Assembly: GCA_002633005.1 (NCBI GenBank)
Contig: NMRA01000015.1
Coordinates: 194,054-258,053 of the forward strand
DNA: 64,000 nucleotides
Direction: 5' to 3'
Source of the DNA: Phoronis australis
Taxonomy: Eukaryota; Animalia; Phoronida
Positions 63,767 to 64,000 of the stretch are shown here, piece after piece. Position 1 is the first letter of the stretch, and every line of letters begins with the position of its first letter. A model generated the notes under the pieces. The model did not search any database, had not been told where the DNA came from, and worked only from the letters and a program-made list of their open reading frames with translations. Position numbers and translations under genes: made by a program.

Positions 63767-64000
63767 GCTTATGACTACAAGAGGTGTGAATAGTCTAGCT
63801 TATGACTACAAGTGATATGAATAGTCTAGCTTATGACTACAAGTGATATGAATAGTCAAGCTTATGACTACAAGTGATATGAATAGTCTAGCTTATGACA
63901 AGTGATGTGAATAGTCAAGCTTATGACTACAAGTGATGAGAATAGTCAAGCTTATGACTACAAGTGATGTGAATAGTCAAGCTTATGACTACAAGTGATG
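63767..64000. repeat. 31-bp minisatellite (GCTTATGACTACAAGTGATATGAATAGTCWA), runs off the window
   Basis: GCTTATGAC at 63767, 63798, 63829 and onward. Confidence 0.95.

Overview
AT-rich, repeat-dense animal genomic DNA with spliceosomal introns (invertebrate, probably lophotrochozoan by inference), from a draft assembly with N gaps. Host genes: (1) the first coding exon of a ZUP1/ZUFSP-like zinc-finger peptidase on the minus strand, head-to-head with (2) a complete 4-exon SIGMAR1 (224 aa, + strand, one GC-AG intron); (3) the ten 3' exons (ankyrin repeats plus two RING fingers) of MIB2 on the minus strand, tail-to-tail with SIGMAR1; (4) an intronless class A GPCR on the + strand, probably nested in a large MIB2 intron. 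Three tandem 'duplications', each joined by a single N, look like uncollapsed haplotypes. Most notable accessory DNA: a TTAA-flanked Kolobok-type transposon (167-bp TIRs, THAP transposase plus a convergent P2X7-ballast-like Cys-rich ORF). Its TIRs each carry an ETS-CRE and an E2F motif, and it sits just upstream of a candidate alternative first exon that would give an ANK-RING-only MIB2. Also present: nested hAT-like elements with 5-bp TSDs, a ~110-bp satellite in SIGMAR1 intron 1 with about 15 co-oriented CTCF-like motifs, foldback elements, SINE heads, a Penelope GIY-YIG relic and many minisatellites. All family assignments come from motif recognition by eye; no searches were run.
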